Shown one piece after another: positions 37,836-50,742 of a DNA stretch of 64,000 bases. Position numbers and translations under genes: made by a program. This stretch comes from Octopus vulgaris (lineage: Eukaryota), in assembly GCA_951406725.2 (NCBI GenBank), contig OX597823.1:77872001-77936000 (forward strand), read 5' to 3'. Numbering within the stretch: position 1 is the first letter of the stretch; every line of letters starts with the position of its first letter. A model generated the notes under the pieces. That model saw only the letters and a program-made list of their open reading frames with translations. It made no database searches and was not told the DNA's origin.

Positions 37836-38208
37836 CTGTGGTAAGTAGCTTGCTTACCAACCACATGGCTCCGGGTTCAGTCCCACTGCATGGTACCTTG
37901 TGCAAGTGTCTTTTACTATAGCCTCAGGCCAACCAAAGCCTTGTGAGTGGATTTGATAGACGGAAACTGAAAGAAGCCCGATATATATATGTATATGTAT
38001 ATATATGTGTGTGTTTGTCCCCCCCCCCAACATCGCTTGACAACTGATGCTGGTGTGTTTACATCCCCATAACTTAATGGTTCGGCAAAAGAGACCGATA
38101 GAGTAAGTACCTAGGCTTACAAAGAATAAGTCCTGGGGTTGCTTTGCTTGACTAAAGGAGGTGCTCCAGCATGGCTACAGTCAAATGACTGAAACAAGTA
38201 AAAGAGTA
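37836..38208 (+). mobile_element. SINE family A
   Basis: Colinear with 23962-24350. Confidence 0.92.
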
Positions 38209-38574
38209 TAGATATATGAATGATATAGTCTTTGCTATGCATCTTATTGGTTATGTACATATGGATGATGTAGTCTTAGAATACACCAATGAGGAATATT
38301 CTTATTTTATATACAAGTGATATTTTTTGTCAGAAAGTTTTCCCAAAAGTTTACCATCACCTTTAATTAGTGTAGAAAGAGTAGTTTCACAAAATGTTTG
38401 TATATGTATTTTCTCTTTAAGCAAGTTATTTTTAAAAAGTGAATGAAAAATATGCATTTAAATTTGCACTTTTTCCTGTTGCCTTATAAGTAAATAACTT
38501 GCTTATATTGCTTTTTGCTTTTATTTAGTTTTACAAATTGCTTTCTGCTTTTTTTACTTAGTGTTAAATGAATT

Positions 38575-38790
38575 TTTTCTACTATAAACATAAAACTGAA
38601 ATTTTGTGAGAGAGGGCTGGTCAATTACATCAACCTGAGTACTTGATTGGTACTTATTTTATCATCTCCAATAAAATGAAAGGCAAAGTTGACCTTGTTG
38701 AGATTTGAACTCAGAATGTAAAGAGCTGGAAAAAAATGCCACTAAACATTTTGTCCAACATCCTAATGATTCTGCCAGTACGCTACCTCT
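38575..38790 (-). mobile_element. SINE B, diverged
   Basis: ATGAAAGGCAAAGTTGACC...TTTGAACTCAGAATG...GATTCTGCCAG. Confidence 0.75.
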
Positions 38791-39409
38791 AGCATTAAAT
38801 AAACAAAGGGAGAAAGTACTTTATATTTAATATAGCAGTAGAATCTGGCCAGGAGGATGGCCTGGAAGAAAACTGAAATTTTAATCTATCTTTTCACATT
38901 CTGCACTTACATCTCAATGTCTTGTCAGTTAGACAAAGGCAGATTCAAAGGGGAACCATTGTTTGGCTGTGTTTAGGGCATCCACTGGCCTTAATCCAAC
39001 CATGGTTTGAGTTCATGCCAGGTCTCTTAAACAAAGCCCTTCAAACTTAGAGCAGTGCTATTAATCAGTGATTATAATAATGGTGATAGTGATGGCTATG
39101 TTGTTACCATCGTGAAGAGATTGGTATTCATTTCCTCATCAATACCTACTTTTGATAACTTATTATTTACTAACTCAAATTTTCACTCCATATTCTAAGC
39201 TAAATTAACATTTTTTTCCCAATAATTTTCACTTTTTACTACTTCTTCCTTTTGTATTATAAATTTATTTTGAGCATTATTTATATTTTAGCATGATGTA
39301 TATGTATATTTCTTTTATATTTCCTTGTCAAATTGACTCGATTTTTTTTTATTGCTGTATATGCGAATGATCTGTAAAATTTGACAGCTTTGCTTTTTCA
39401 ATATACATA

Positions 39410-39419
39410 CTTATATATA

Positions 39420-39466
<47 letters not shown>

Positions 39467-39541
39467 TATGATAGTTAATATACATACATACTTGTATACA
39501 TACATGTATACATATATATACATACGTACATACATACATAC

Positions 39542-39580
<39 letters not shown>

Positions 39581-39617
39581 TATAATAGTATATGATAGTT
39601 AATATACATACATACTT

Positions 39618-39652
<35 letters not shown>

Positions 39653-39729
39653 CATATATATAATAGTATATGATAGTTAATATACATACATACTTGCATA
39701 CTTACATATATACATACATACATACGTAC

Positions 39730-39766
<37 letters not shown>

Positions 39767-39790
39767 GTTGATATATATATATATATATAT
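39410..39790. repeat. Compound TA/TACA microsatellite with three copies of ATAGTATATGATAGTTAATATACATACATACTT
   Basis: Unit visible at about 39461, 39585 and 39663. Confidence 0.9.
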
Positions 39791-40399
39791 GTAACCTAAA
39801 ATTCCTTATATGTGACTTTGCTTTATTCAATATATTTTGTTGCAAACAGTTCCTTTTATTTGTCAGCAAAAAACATTTAATATTTGTTATGATGTGAACG
39901 GGTGTAATATTTATGATATGACATAAATCTGAAATGCAAGTATCGAAGCATTTGTAAATATTTTAAAAGAAAGAAAAAAAAACGAAACAAAGAAAAAGCA
40001 AATATTTAGATTGTGTTGCAGTTTTTTGAAAATATTAAAACTATCTCATGAAAATGCTAAAGTCCTATTTTAAAACATTAGGTAACAATTCAATACACAA
40101 AACTACAGATATAACTTTAGAAGAAAAATAATAATAGTATGAAAATTAAAAAACACAAAAAAACCTAAACAAAAGTATAATACTAAGTGTATATCTCAAT
40201 ATATACATATATTCATATATATATATATACACACACATATATATACACATGCATGCTTGTATGTATATATGTATATATATATATATATATATACATACAT
40301 ACATACATGCATGTGTATATATATTATTAATAGCTAAACAATTTCAAAGCTAACTGTATCATTTGATATATATATATATGTATGTGTGTATATATATTA

Positions 40400-40438
<39 letters not shown>

Positions 40439-40852
40439 ACTTATAGTTATATATATATTTATATATCTATCTCTCTCTATATATATATTCACATATAAGT
40501 ATTTATCTCAACTGTTGTGTTACTCTGAATTATATGACATCAAAGGTGAAAATTTTATTGCTTAAAAACTAAAAGAAAACTAAAAGAAAGAATAAAAAAA
40601 AGATAGTTTCCAACCTAAGCAGTGAGGGTGGGAGTTGAATTTAGGAGGAGCTATATATTTGGTTTAATCAACACCATCCCCCGAGATATGACTTATTTAT
40701 TTTAATGAACCCGGAAGGATTAATAGCAAAGCCAACCTCACAAGAAATCTTGATCCTTTACATTCTGAGCCATGGTGCTTGGCACTGATTTGTTTTTTTA
40801 ATTATATTTTTTTTACACAAATGTAATTTTGTATGTTAATTATATAAATTAC

Positions 40853-41067
40853 ACTGCTGATGGTGCGTGTGTTGGGGGAACATTCATAGTAGCATTGTGC
40901 TTGTTTTATTTGCTGTGAAATATTTGGTTGCTATGGAAATGGGGGCAATTAGGATTTCTTGTTTGTTGATAATGAGGGGTTCAGTTTGCAAACCTTGGGC
41001 CAAGGTTTGCAAATATTTCAATCTTTGAAGGTTTGTAACTTTTTTGCTTTTAGTTCTGGTTTCTCAC
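40853..41067 (-). other. Candidate minus-strand exon containing a 29-bp palindrome
   Basis: Acceptor TTTTTTCTCATTTTTCAG| at 41068; phase-1 frame GEKPELKAKKLQTFKD* (stop 41020-41018) followed by AATAAA; alternatively a UTR exon with MNVPPTHAPSA and donor GTAATT at 40852. Confidence 0.3.
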
Positions 41068-41261
41068 CTGAAAAATGAGAAAAAACGAATGTGGCTTTCA
41101 TTATTAACATGTAAAACTACATCTGTGTAGGAAATTTGTCAAAACAAGTAAAAAAAAAGGCAACAAAAAATATACAGAACTGAAATTCAAAACACGAAAG
41201 AACATAACTTAATACTACTGCTGCTATTTTGTTTCTACCTATCATTTACTTCTGGGCAGGG

Positions 41262-41435
41262 CAATGCATTGTGTTCTTGAGCAAGACACTCCATTTCCAC
41301 ATTGCTCCAATGCACTCAGCTGGCAAAAATGAGTAATCCTGCGACAGACCGGCGTCCCGTCCAGGTGGGGGAATTTATGCGCCACTGAAACCGAAACCGG
41401 CCCTAATGAACCTGGCATGGCTCCAGAAGGAAACA
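41262..41435 (+). mobile_element. SINE D-related fragment; other copies at 59257-59500(+) and 28530-28725(-)
   Basis: TTCTTGAGCAAGACACT.CATTTC.ACATTGCTCCA...CTGCGACAGACCGGCGTCCCGTCCAGGTGGGG. Confidence 0.75.
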
Positions 41436-42946
41436 CTTATCATATACTTATCATAACTACAAGTTCCATTTGATTTTTATTTTGATGTTGATGTTATATA
41501 TATATAAGATGAGCTTCTTTCAATTTTCATCCACCATATCCACTCACAAAGTGGATATGGAGAACAAGATATGGTTGGCCTGGGGCTATGGTAGAAGACA
41601 CTTGCCCAAGGTGCCATGCAGTGGGTTTGAACCCAGAACCTTATGGTCGGGAATCAAGCTTCTTACTATGCTGCCATTCCTGCAATATTGTTGTGGTTAG
41701 AGTTTTCTCTGTGTGTAAACTGTATTACAGTTTGGTATTCAGTTGATACAGATGGAATGAACACGAATTCTGTTGAGAATTTTAATACAAAAATATTTAT
41801 TCTTATCGCTAACAACTGAATGTTGTTATTACACCAAATGACAAAGAAAAGTTATAGTTCAAGGTTTATATGCCAAATTTTAAGTTAAAGAAAACAAGTT
41901 GGTGGTATGTTGTGCTTTTGCCAATGTCTTTGTTGATGTAAGGGCAACAGACTAGTTTACAATTGGAACCAAAGCCAAATGATGGATTTTGCTTGATAAC
42001 ACATTAATTACTTCTGTAATATCATGGTTATTATCAAAGTATAATAATTGTTTAAAATATTATATCATAAATTGAGGATTTATTTTGTAAACTTTAAATC
42101 TTATATTTAAGGAACATAGTAGAATAAGTAAAACTATATAATTGCTATATTAACAACTCTAAGGTTTTTTCTGCTGTTTAACATCAGGTCAGACTTGATT
42201 GAACTACCATGTAATCAAAAATAATTTAACCATGGCCATCCAATCATTTTAGGTATATGGAGGTGTATATTGTCTAATGTGTCTTGTCTTTACATAAGAC
42301 AGCACATGAGCAGGTTATGATTTGAAAAAGATTGGGCTGCTATTTCTAGCAGATTGAGAGACCATGTAAAAGCTTCTTTGCTGGTATGTTGTACTTATGT
42401 GGTAATATCTTTAAGGATTATTTTTTTTATACAAAGACAGATTATACATTGTACACGGAAAGGTAATAAAATGTTATCAATTAGTGTTAGCTATAATTAC
42501 ATTAGTAATTAGCCTTATATTATCATTCTTTGCTTAAGTCATTCAGGTAAATACCTGTGATACTTTCTTGGTGGGTGGGGGTGGGGGGCAGGGATATAGA
42601 AGATAGAAATACAATGATGTTATAATTCTTATCGAAAAGAACAAGTGTATCTTAATGCGAATACAGTTTGTGAGATTTGGAAATCCTTGTGGTATTCAAG
42701 TCTTAACAATGGGTTTATGAGTCCTGAATGCAAGACTTCTGTGCAAGTTATTTTTCTTGTGATATAAAGTCTACTACATCAATTAGAAAATGCTATATTT
42801 GTGACACAACTATATATTATTGAAATAAATAGGAAAATAGGATAGACATAGACATTATGGATTGTTACTCATCCTTGAAAGCAGGTTCAATTTTATGCCT
42901 ATTTCTAACCCAGGTATACTTTCAGCTTCTCAATTTATAGGTTAGA

Positions 42947-43635
42947 CTAGCTTAAGGTGACCCCGCTCTACGTGTGGGTGGGGGTGTGGTCGTTACTTTC
43001 TGTTTCTTAAATCTGGCCTTAATTTTCAAAATTTCGAACCCATTTTCCGCGCTTAAATTACAAATCCACTTCCACTTTACCATGTTGAAAATTTGATTGA
43101 AATTGGGCAAAAGGTGTCCAATCTAGACCCCACCAAGTGTCCCTAAAAATCAATAAAATTCCCGTTTTCACAGCAAAGCAACCACTGTGGCACCCCAAAA
43201 CGTCTCCCAATCAATTTCTCACCTCGAGTTACCCACTCCTGTAAATTTTGATCCCCTTCTAGCCCCATTTAGACCCCTTTGTACATAAAAATCCAATTTG
43301 TATCAATGTCAGCCTCCTTCATTTTATAGATTAGATTAAAGATAGCCGCCTCTAGCCCCTGCAGCAACACGAAAAGCCACCATTATTCAAACAGCGCAAC
43401 CTGTCTATCCCATAAAACTCAATTTTTCCCATATTCCTCACCATGGCAGCCAAACGGTAGCCCCGAGCAACTTGCTACCCTCCTCATATCATTGCCCACT
43501 CCATTTTATCCCCAGGGTAAATTTTGGCACTAATCCGACCCCATCTACAGCCCCATAAACCGTTCCCATCCCAAAATGAGACAAATTACCAAGAAATCAA
43601 ACAACTTTTTCGCATTTCAGCTTTATAGATATTGA
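42947..43635 (-). mobile_element. Non-autonomous Helitron-like element
   Basis: Minus-strand 3' end: GC hairpin (CCCAC..GCGGG, 42962-42978) about 11 nt before CTAG|T; 5' A|TC at 43635; a second 5'-like end TTTATAGAT at about 43331; diverged internal subrepeat. Confidence 0.7.
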
Positions 43636-43636
43636 T

Positions 43637-43845
43637 AAGGCAGCAAGTTGGCAGAATTGTTAGCATGCTGGATGAAATGCTTAGCGGTAGTTCATCTGTC
43701 TTTACGTTCTGAGTTCAAATTCTGCCAAGGTCAACTTTACCTTTCATCCTTTCAGTGTCGATAAATTAAGTACCAGTTGATCAAATTGACTGGGCCCCCA
43801 TCCATCCAAATTTCAAGACTTGTGCCTATAGTGGAAAGGATTATT
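43637..43845 (+). mobile_element. SINE B
   Basis: GAGTTCAAATTC B box, CTTTCATCCTTTC.G.GTCGATAAATTAAGTACCAG core. Confidence 0.88.
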
Positions 43846-44011
43846 ACTGCTGCCACAACTGAAGTACAAATATAATATACTAATAATAATTTTCATTGAT
43901 ATTTTTAATGATAGGAAATAAGGGCAAAACATTTTGAATGAAGATATAGATTATAAGTCAAATAACCCCTATTAGATATCACAATTGAGTGAGCAGCAAG
44001 CTAGCATTTAA

Positions 44012-44445
44012 TCCTTTTGATAGCAACCTATCCAAGACTGTATTAGGGTCTATGATACAAGTTTAATGTTTTAGAGTGATTTAGATTAAACTTCCATCAA
44101 AATTTCATCTAAATTTGTATTTAGACACTAGCATAATAAAGACAAAGTTATGTTTATGCATTTGTTTTCGAAGATTCTTGGCATGAAACTGCATGTTGAA
44201 ACAAATATTGTTATATCCTGGGATGGTCACTATAGTCATTCTTCACTTCAGATTTATTATTGTTCTTATTTTTGCCTGGAAATCTTTCATCACATATTCT
44301 GTGACCTCTTCCGTGACTCTCCACCCCATGTGTCTCCTGTTCTGTTTAGTCCATGACAAAGCTATTTTATAAGAGTCTTTGCTATTTTCAAAATTAATTT
44401 AAAATGAGGCTGTGTATATCAGCAGAAATATCGAAACAAAAGGTT
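44012..44445. mobile_element. Old piggyBac-type MITE related to 16775-16995, split by an insert at 44152-44354
   Basis: TTAA-TCCTTTTG ... CAAAAGGT-TTAA ends; internal similarity to the reverse complement of the inner MITE; GACAAAG(T/C)TAT duplicated at 44141-44151 and 44355-44365. Confidence 0.7.
44160..44206 (+). ncRNA. Degenerate minimal hammerhead motif at the start of a TSD-flanked insert of about 200 bp
   Basis: atttgtttt C-GAAGA t tcttggca t GAAA ctgcatg TT gaaacaaat; 9-bp stem I; core lacks one U. Confidence 0.55.
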
Positions 44446-44667
44446 TAACTCAGCTTTATGGTGGGAACATCGTCTGGCTGATTGTAAAAATGCCATGTAT
44501 AACTGGTACTTCTGTTATTATATTATTGATTTTAAATACTAGTAAAGCAAAGCCAATATCATTACAATCAGCATCCATGAAATTGCTTCATCAAAACTCT
44601 TCTTCTGCTGACTTACATTGGCCACAATGATAGATGGTCAGAACTAGTATGGTTTAATTCTGTCTTT

Positions 44668-44990
44668 ATCATCACCATCATCGTTTAACGTCCGCTTTCC
44701 ATGCTAGCATGGGTTGGACGGTTTGACCGGGGTCTGGAAAGCCTGGAGGCTGCAGCAGGCCCAGTCTAATCTGGCAGTGTTTCTACAGCTGGATGCCCTT
44801 CCTAATGCCAACCACTCCATGAGTATAGTGGGTGCTTTTTATGTGCCACCAGCACAGGTGCCAGGTGAGGCTGGCAACGGCCACGATCAGTTGGTGCTGT
44901 TTACATGCCACTGGCACAGAGGCCAGTCGAGGCGTTGCTGGCAACGGCCATGTTCAGACGGTTCTTTTACGTGCCACCGCCACTGGTATC
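44668..44990 (-). mobile_element. Family C element
   Basis: (CAT)n-CGTTTAACGTCCGCTTTCCATGCTAGCATGGGTTGGACG, internal GGCAACGGCCA subrepeats. Confidence 0.88.
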
Positions 44991-45720
44991 ACAAGTACAC
45001 TTTCCATTGATTTGTGTCTTCCTAAACTAATATTATTTAAAGAGGGTCAACTCCCATTGGAATACTATGGCTGTTTGTATTTATCAACTCTTCCACCATT
45101 AGTCTACAAGTAGCTTTAAGAAGATTCATTTAGGCTTTTCAGTTGTAATGTCTTCCTTGAAGAATCTTGGAAGATGTTAGGAGGAAATGCAGTGCTGGCT
45201 TTGGTATACTTAAAAATTAGAATTTAAACATCTGGAATTAAATAGCATGAAACATTTTGTCTAGTGGTCTAATGAAGCTTTAATGATTCATAAACTATCT
45301 GGTTTGGCTTTGTAGAGCTAGCTGTTATTATGGAGGGTGTTAAATGAAGGGTGTAGAAGGAACTCAGGAAAATGTAATATAAGAGTTATCCAGAAATTTG
45401 GATGCATTTAGTAAGAGAGGGGAGGAATTGAAATTAAATGCTTTCTATGAATATGGAAACTGAAGTTATAAGGACCATTAAAAGGTAATGATTTAAAGTT
45501 AACTTAAACGGTGAAGAGAGTAATGAAAATTAGGGACAGAAGAAAGAGTGTCTAAAAGCGATACTGTATATGAAGCATGTATACGTTGTGTGAATATATA
45601 TAATGTAACATGAAGATACATAGTATATACAGGGTGTGGCAGATGTAAGGCCCTTTTGTATTTGAGTTTTCAGGTTTTTAATTGAGTTTTTTTTATAATT
45701 TTAAAAAATATTTTTATATA

Positions 45721-45833
45721 AGGCGCAGGAGTGGCTGTGTGGTAAGTAGCTTGCTTACCAACCACATGGTTCTGGGTTCAGTCCCAATGCGTGGCACCTT
45801 GGACAAGTGGCTTCTACTATAGCCTTGGGCCGA
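45721..45833 (+). mobile_element. SINE A 5' head only
   Basis: GGCGCAGGAGTGGCTGTGTGGTAAG...GGTTCAGTCCC. Confidence 0.85.
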
Positions 45834-46580
45834 GATGGTGGCAAAATGCCGGGCATGCTCACAAGGAATGGGGATCAGAGTATAAATGAGTTGGTTGAGT
45901 AAAGGAAAAGAGAGGTATAGATAGTGGCAAGTGCCAGGGCAAACCCTTGAGGTTCAAATGCTATAATATAAGTGACAGAATATTGCAAAGGGAGTGTGAT
46001 TAAAGAATGTATGTGGCAAAATACCTGGGTATATCTAGAGTTGGAAGAACTACTGGATAGCAATGCTACAGAGGAGCAGGGGTGTGAGGACAGGATTGGG
46101 GAGTGAGAGCTAGGCATTGTAAATGAAGGAGGAAATGTGAAAAAGAGATGTAGATTGGTTTGTTGAGGTAGGGTGAGGGAAAAGTTTTCTTGTTATGTGT
46201 GGGGGAACACCCAGGTTAGGGGCTAGCAAATAGCGCTAATAGAGTGAGTGAGACTGGGCATCTGGATAGAACACAGACGTCAGGGGCAAGCAGAGAGCAA
46301 TCATAGAGTGAGTGAGACAGAGCATATGGATAGAAGGCACTGGTCAGGGGAAAGCAGGGAGCAATGATACAGTGGCACAGGGCCAAGAGGACAGGATTGA
46401 GGAGTGGGAGGTACATGAAGTGGGAATGTGAGGAAGAGAATGGATGTAGGGATGTAGTTTGGTTCATTGTGAAAGGTTTTCTACACAGCAATTCTAGAAC
46501 TCAGTTTCCCTGGTACTTACTTTATTTTTATAAATCTTGTTACCTATTTTATTGATCTTGTTTGCCAAACCACTAAGTTA

Positions 46581-46787
46581 TAAGGACATAAACACACCAT
46601 TTGTCAAGCTGTGGTGGGAGACAAACACACACACATACACACACACACTCACACACACAGACACACACACACACGCATACACACACACACACACACATGA
46701 TGTGCCTCTTTCAGTTTCCATCTACCAAATTCTGAATGGACTTACATAAGGACATAAACACACCATTTGTCAAGCTGTGGTGGGAGA

Positions 46788-46826
<39 letters not shown>

Positions 46827-47046
46827 ACACATACACACACACACACACACATGATGTGCCTCTTTCAGTTTCCATCCACCAAATTCTGAATGGACTTACA
46901 TAAGGACATAAACACACCATTTGTCAAGCTGTGGTGGGAGACAAACACACACACACACACACACTCACACACACATACACACACACGCACACATGATGTG
47001 CCTCTTTCAGTTTCCATCTACCAAATTCTGAATGGACTTACATAAG
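46581..47046 (-). repeat. Triplicated SINE A-derived unit (166, 154 and 142 bp)
   Basis: TAAGGACATAAACACACC starts at 46581, 46747 and 46901; unique parts near-identical while CA tracts differ. Confidence 0.95.
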
Positions 47047-47553
47047 AAAGCAAAGCTTACTCTGTCTTTCTTTCTCAGTCTTTCTCAGTCTTTTCTCAGT
47101 CTCTCTTTAAGGGTTCACAGGTGTGTCATTATTTGCTCTGTGTCAAACAGGTAGAGATGATTTAACTGATGCATCAGGGAAACTCAATGGATTGAGTCCA
47201 GGGCATAATAAATTTATAATTAACTTCATTTGTCAATTTCGACATTTATATACTTTTAGCAGGGCTTTGGAACTTAATACATCTGTAATAGCGAGATCTT
47301 TTATGGTGTGCAGTTTTATCATTGCATAAAACAAACAAACTGAAATGGTGTTTGCACTGAGATGCATTTAGTTGCGTCTTGCGAAAATACTTTTATCTGT
47401 CAACCTCTCTCTCTCTCTCCCCCTCTCTATCTATCTATCTATCTATCCGTCCATCCATCCATCCATCCATCCATCTATCTATCTATTTAACTGTAAGTAT
47501 ATACACATACAGACACATGCACACAGACACATAAATACATACATATATATATA

Positions 47554-47607
<54 letters not shown>

Positions 47608-47884
47608 CATATACATATATACATATATATATGGGTAGTTGTGCAAACAATAAAAGTGTTCTCTGTAGATATAATAAAGTTTATTACTTTATTCAAAGCA
47701 AAAGCAATGCAATAATATGTACACACACACAGAGGCATACAACATGTATACATATACACACACACACATGTACACACTCACATACACACATGAACACACT
47801 CATACATACACATACACACACACGTATACATATACACACATATTACATGCACACACACACACACACTCACTCACACCCATGTAT

Positions 47885-48325
47885 CTTTTTACTTCTTTCA
47901 GTCACTAGACTAATGCTATGTTGAGGCACCACCTTTAGTGGACCCCAGGACTTATTCTTTGTAAGCCTAGTACTTATTCTATCCGTCTCTTTTGCCGAAC
48001 TGCTAAGTGACTGGGACATAAACACACCAGCATTGGTTGTCAAGTGATATTGGGGGGACAAACACAGACACACACATACACACACACACACAAACATATA
48101 CACACACACACAAACATACACACACACAGACACACACACACACACATATATATGTATATATATACATATATACGATGGCCTTCTTTCAGTTTCCGTCAAC
48201 CAAATCCACTGACAAGGCTTTGGTCGGCTTGAAGCTATTGTAGAAGACACTTGCCCAGGGTGCCACACAGTTGGACTGAACTCGGAACCATGTGATTTGT
48301 AAGCAAGCTACTTACCAATCAGCCA
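47885..48325 (-). mobile_element. SINE family A
   Basis: Colinear with 55316-55735; expanded internal CA tract. Confidence 0.9.
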
Positions 48326-48355
48326 TACATATATATAATGTATATATATACATAC

Positions 48356-48560
<205 letters not shown>

Positions 48561-48574
48561 GCATATATTTTATT

Positions 48575-48663
<89 letters not shown>

Positions 48664-50158
48664 ATATATATATTTATAGTAGAAAGGTTGTAATAATTAT
48701 TCAGTTAAGTTGCTGGAAAACTCACAACTTGGTAATGAATTTCAGTCTGTCAAGAGCCATTATGTTGTGGTGCCATTAGACAATATACATAATTGTACTT
48801 GTGTCAGTCTACCTATCTGCAAAGATAGTGAATTCTTTTATGTATTGTTATATTCGTTAGTAGGAAGGTTTATTTAGTTGTTAGTTAGTGTTATTGATCC
48901 AGCTGTATTCAAATTCCTGAAGTTGCAAAAAAAGCACCTCAACTATGCTTGGCATGAAAACAAAATTGATGTCAGACTTTAAAAATAGAATAAAAAAATT
49001 TTTTATTTTCGATAATCTCATTTAATCCCTGGAAATTGTAAAACAACAACAACAGTGATGATGATGATGGTGGTGTTGGTGGTGGTGGTGGTGGTAGTGG
49101 TGGTGGCAGTGTTGCAGTTATTCAGCTTCCAAGGCATGCTTTGTTGTTGTACACTTTTGATGAAAGGCATTCTGTCTGTAAATCATTTCTTTTTTTTTCT
49201 TTTTCTTTCGGAATATAACCTCAGATTATCTTATTTAATCTGTTCTCCTTTTTGTTATAAATTAAAAAAAATTTTTTTCTTTGTAATGGTAAGGTGTAAT
49301 TTGAAGAAATTTGGCTGCTATTTCTAGCATGTTTATCGATCATGCAGATGCTTCCCTTATTGACACGTGATGATGAATGCTATATTGGTGGTGGATGTAA
49401 TAGTGGCACTGCTATTACAGTAAAAATCGTAGGGTTAAAGCACTGTATATAAAGAGAAAATATTCTTACTAAGGAATTCTCAGACACACGATTCAATGCA
49501 AAAAAAAAAAGAAAAACATGAAAAGAAAGAAAGCATTATTACGATGCCTACACAGCGTTACATAAGTTTACTGCATCTAACAATTGCATTATTTAAATTT
49601 ACTACTTATAACCCACAGTCAGTAACCTGAGCTAGTATCACAACTAAACATTGCTACTTGCTTAGGTTACTAATAATATAACTATATACAGCTGAATGAA
49701 ATATTTCTCTGCATAATTGCCATATATTAATGCATCTTTGGTATGCAACAACATGAGTAGAGGTTCCTACACAAACAGTATTTTGGTAATTACGGATAGA
49801 ATCATTTAGTTACAGGAACCAAATATAAACAGTTCAATTTTACAATGTGCTGATCTAATTAGTATTTCTTTTCGTTGTGAGTTTGTTCGTTTGTTTGTTG
49901 TTACTCCCACACATTAGTTTAATAAAGAAATAAATACTAACAAAAGAAAAAAAGGGAACTTCAACAAGGTTGCTTGACCTGGGGGAAATGGCAACCAAAT
50001 TCCCTCAGATCATGTTTTTGCTCATATGTCTGCTTCTGCTCAACCTGGCCTGACCTGGAGCTTAACAACAAAGTCAGTTGCGTGACCTTTCATGATAGTG
50101 GCATCTCATAAATGTGCTATCACTTTTATCATCTTCAGAAGGTGAATGAAGTTTTACT

Positions 50159-50211
<53 letters not shown>

Positions 50212-50434
50212 GTGTGTATTTTTCCCTTGTTAACAATTAACACGGAAAATATAGATAAATAGTTACCAGGGTAGCAAAAAATCACACAAGTAAAAAGGTT
50301 GTAACTCCTTGTTTTTAAAGGTGAAACTTTGGGTTTACATGAAATATTTTGTATAATATATATAAATAAATAAATAGAGTACACATATCCATCATTTTCT
50401 GTTAAAATGTCTTATTGACGGGTTTCATTTCTTC

Positions 50435-50523
50435 ATTTCCCTGAAGAGAAGATTACATTGTTTTACACCATTTTATTCCTTCGAAATAATACCAGTAATA
50501 TCTTCGAAACATGTGTCAGAAGT
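50435..50523 (+). ncRNA. Minimal type I hammerhead ribozyme motif in an insert (about 50207-50565) between (TA)n tracts
   Basis: ttcc CTGAAGA gaagat ... atcttc GAAA catgtg TC agaa; complete core, perfect 6-bp base of stem II, GUC site. Confidence 0.8.
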
Positions 50524-50571
50524 AAAAGCATTTGAATAACACCTGCATTCAGCTCCATTTATTTATTTATA

Positions 50572-50619
<48 letters not shown>

Positions 50620-50683
50620 TACAGGGTGTGCCAAAAGTCATGCACCAAAACAGTTGACATTTTATATATGCTATGTTGTTGTA

Positions 50684-50742
<59 letters not shown>

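Noticed and set aside
39461-39700. CRISPR-like repeat-spacer array
   Set aside because: Eukaryotic context, spacers are simple repeats and there are no cas genes.
45628-45720. Tc1/mariner-like end TA-CAGGGTGT (also at about 50620)
   Set aside because: No partner TIR or transposase found; too short to call.
45835-46460. Purine-rich block (similar blocks at 9545-9790 and 45300-45600)
   Set aside because: Probably an old antisense retroelement remnant, but no motif could be assigned.
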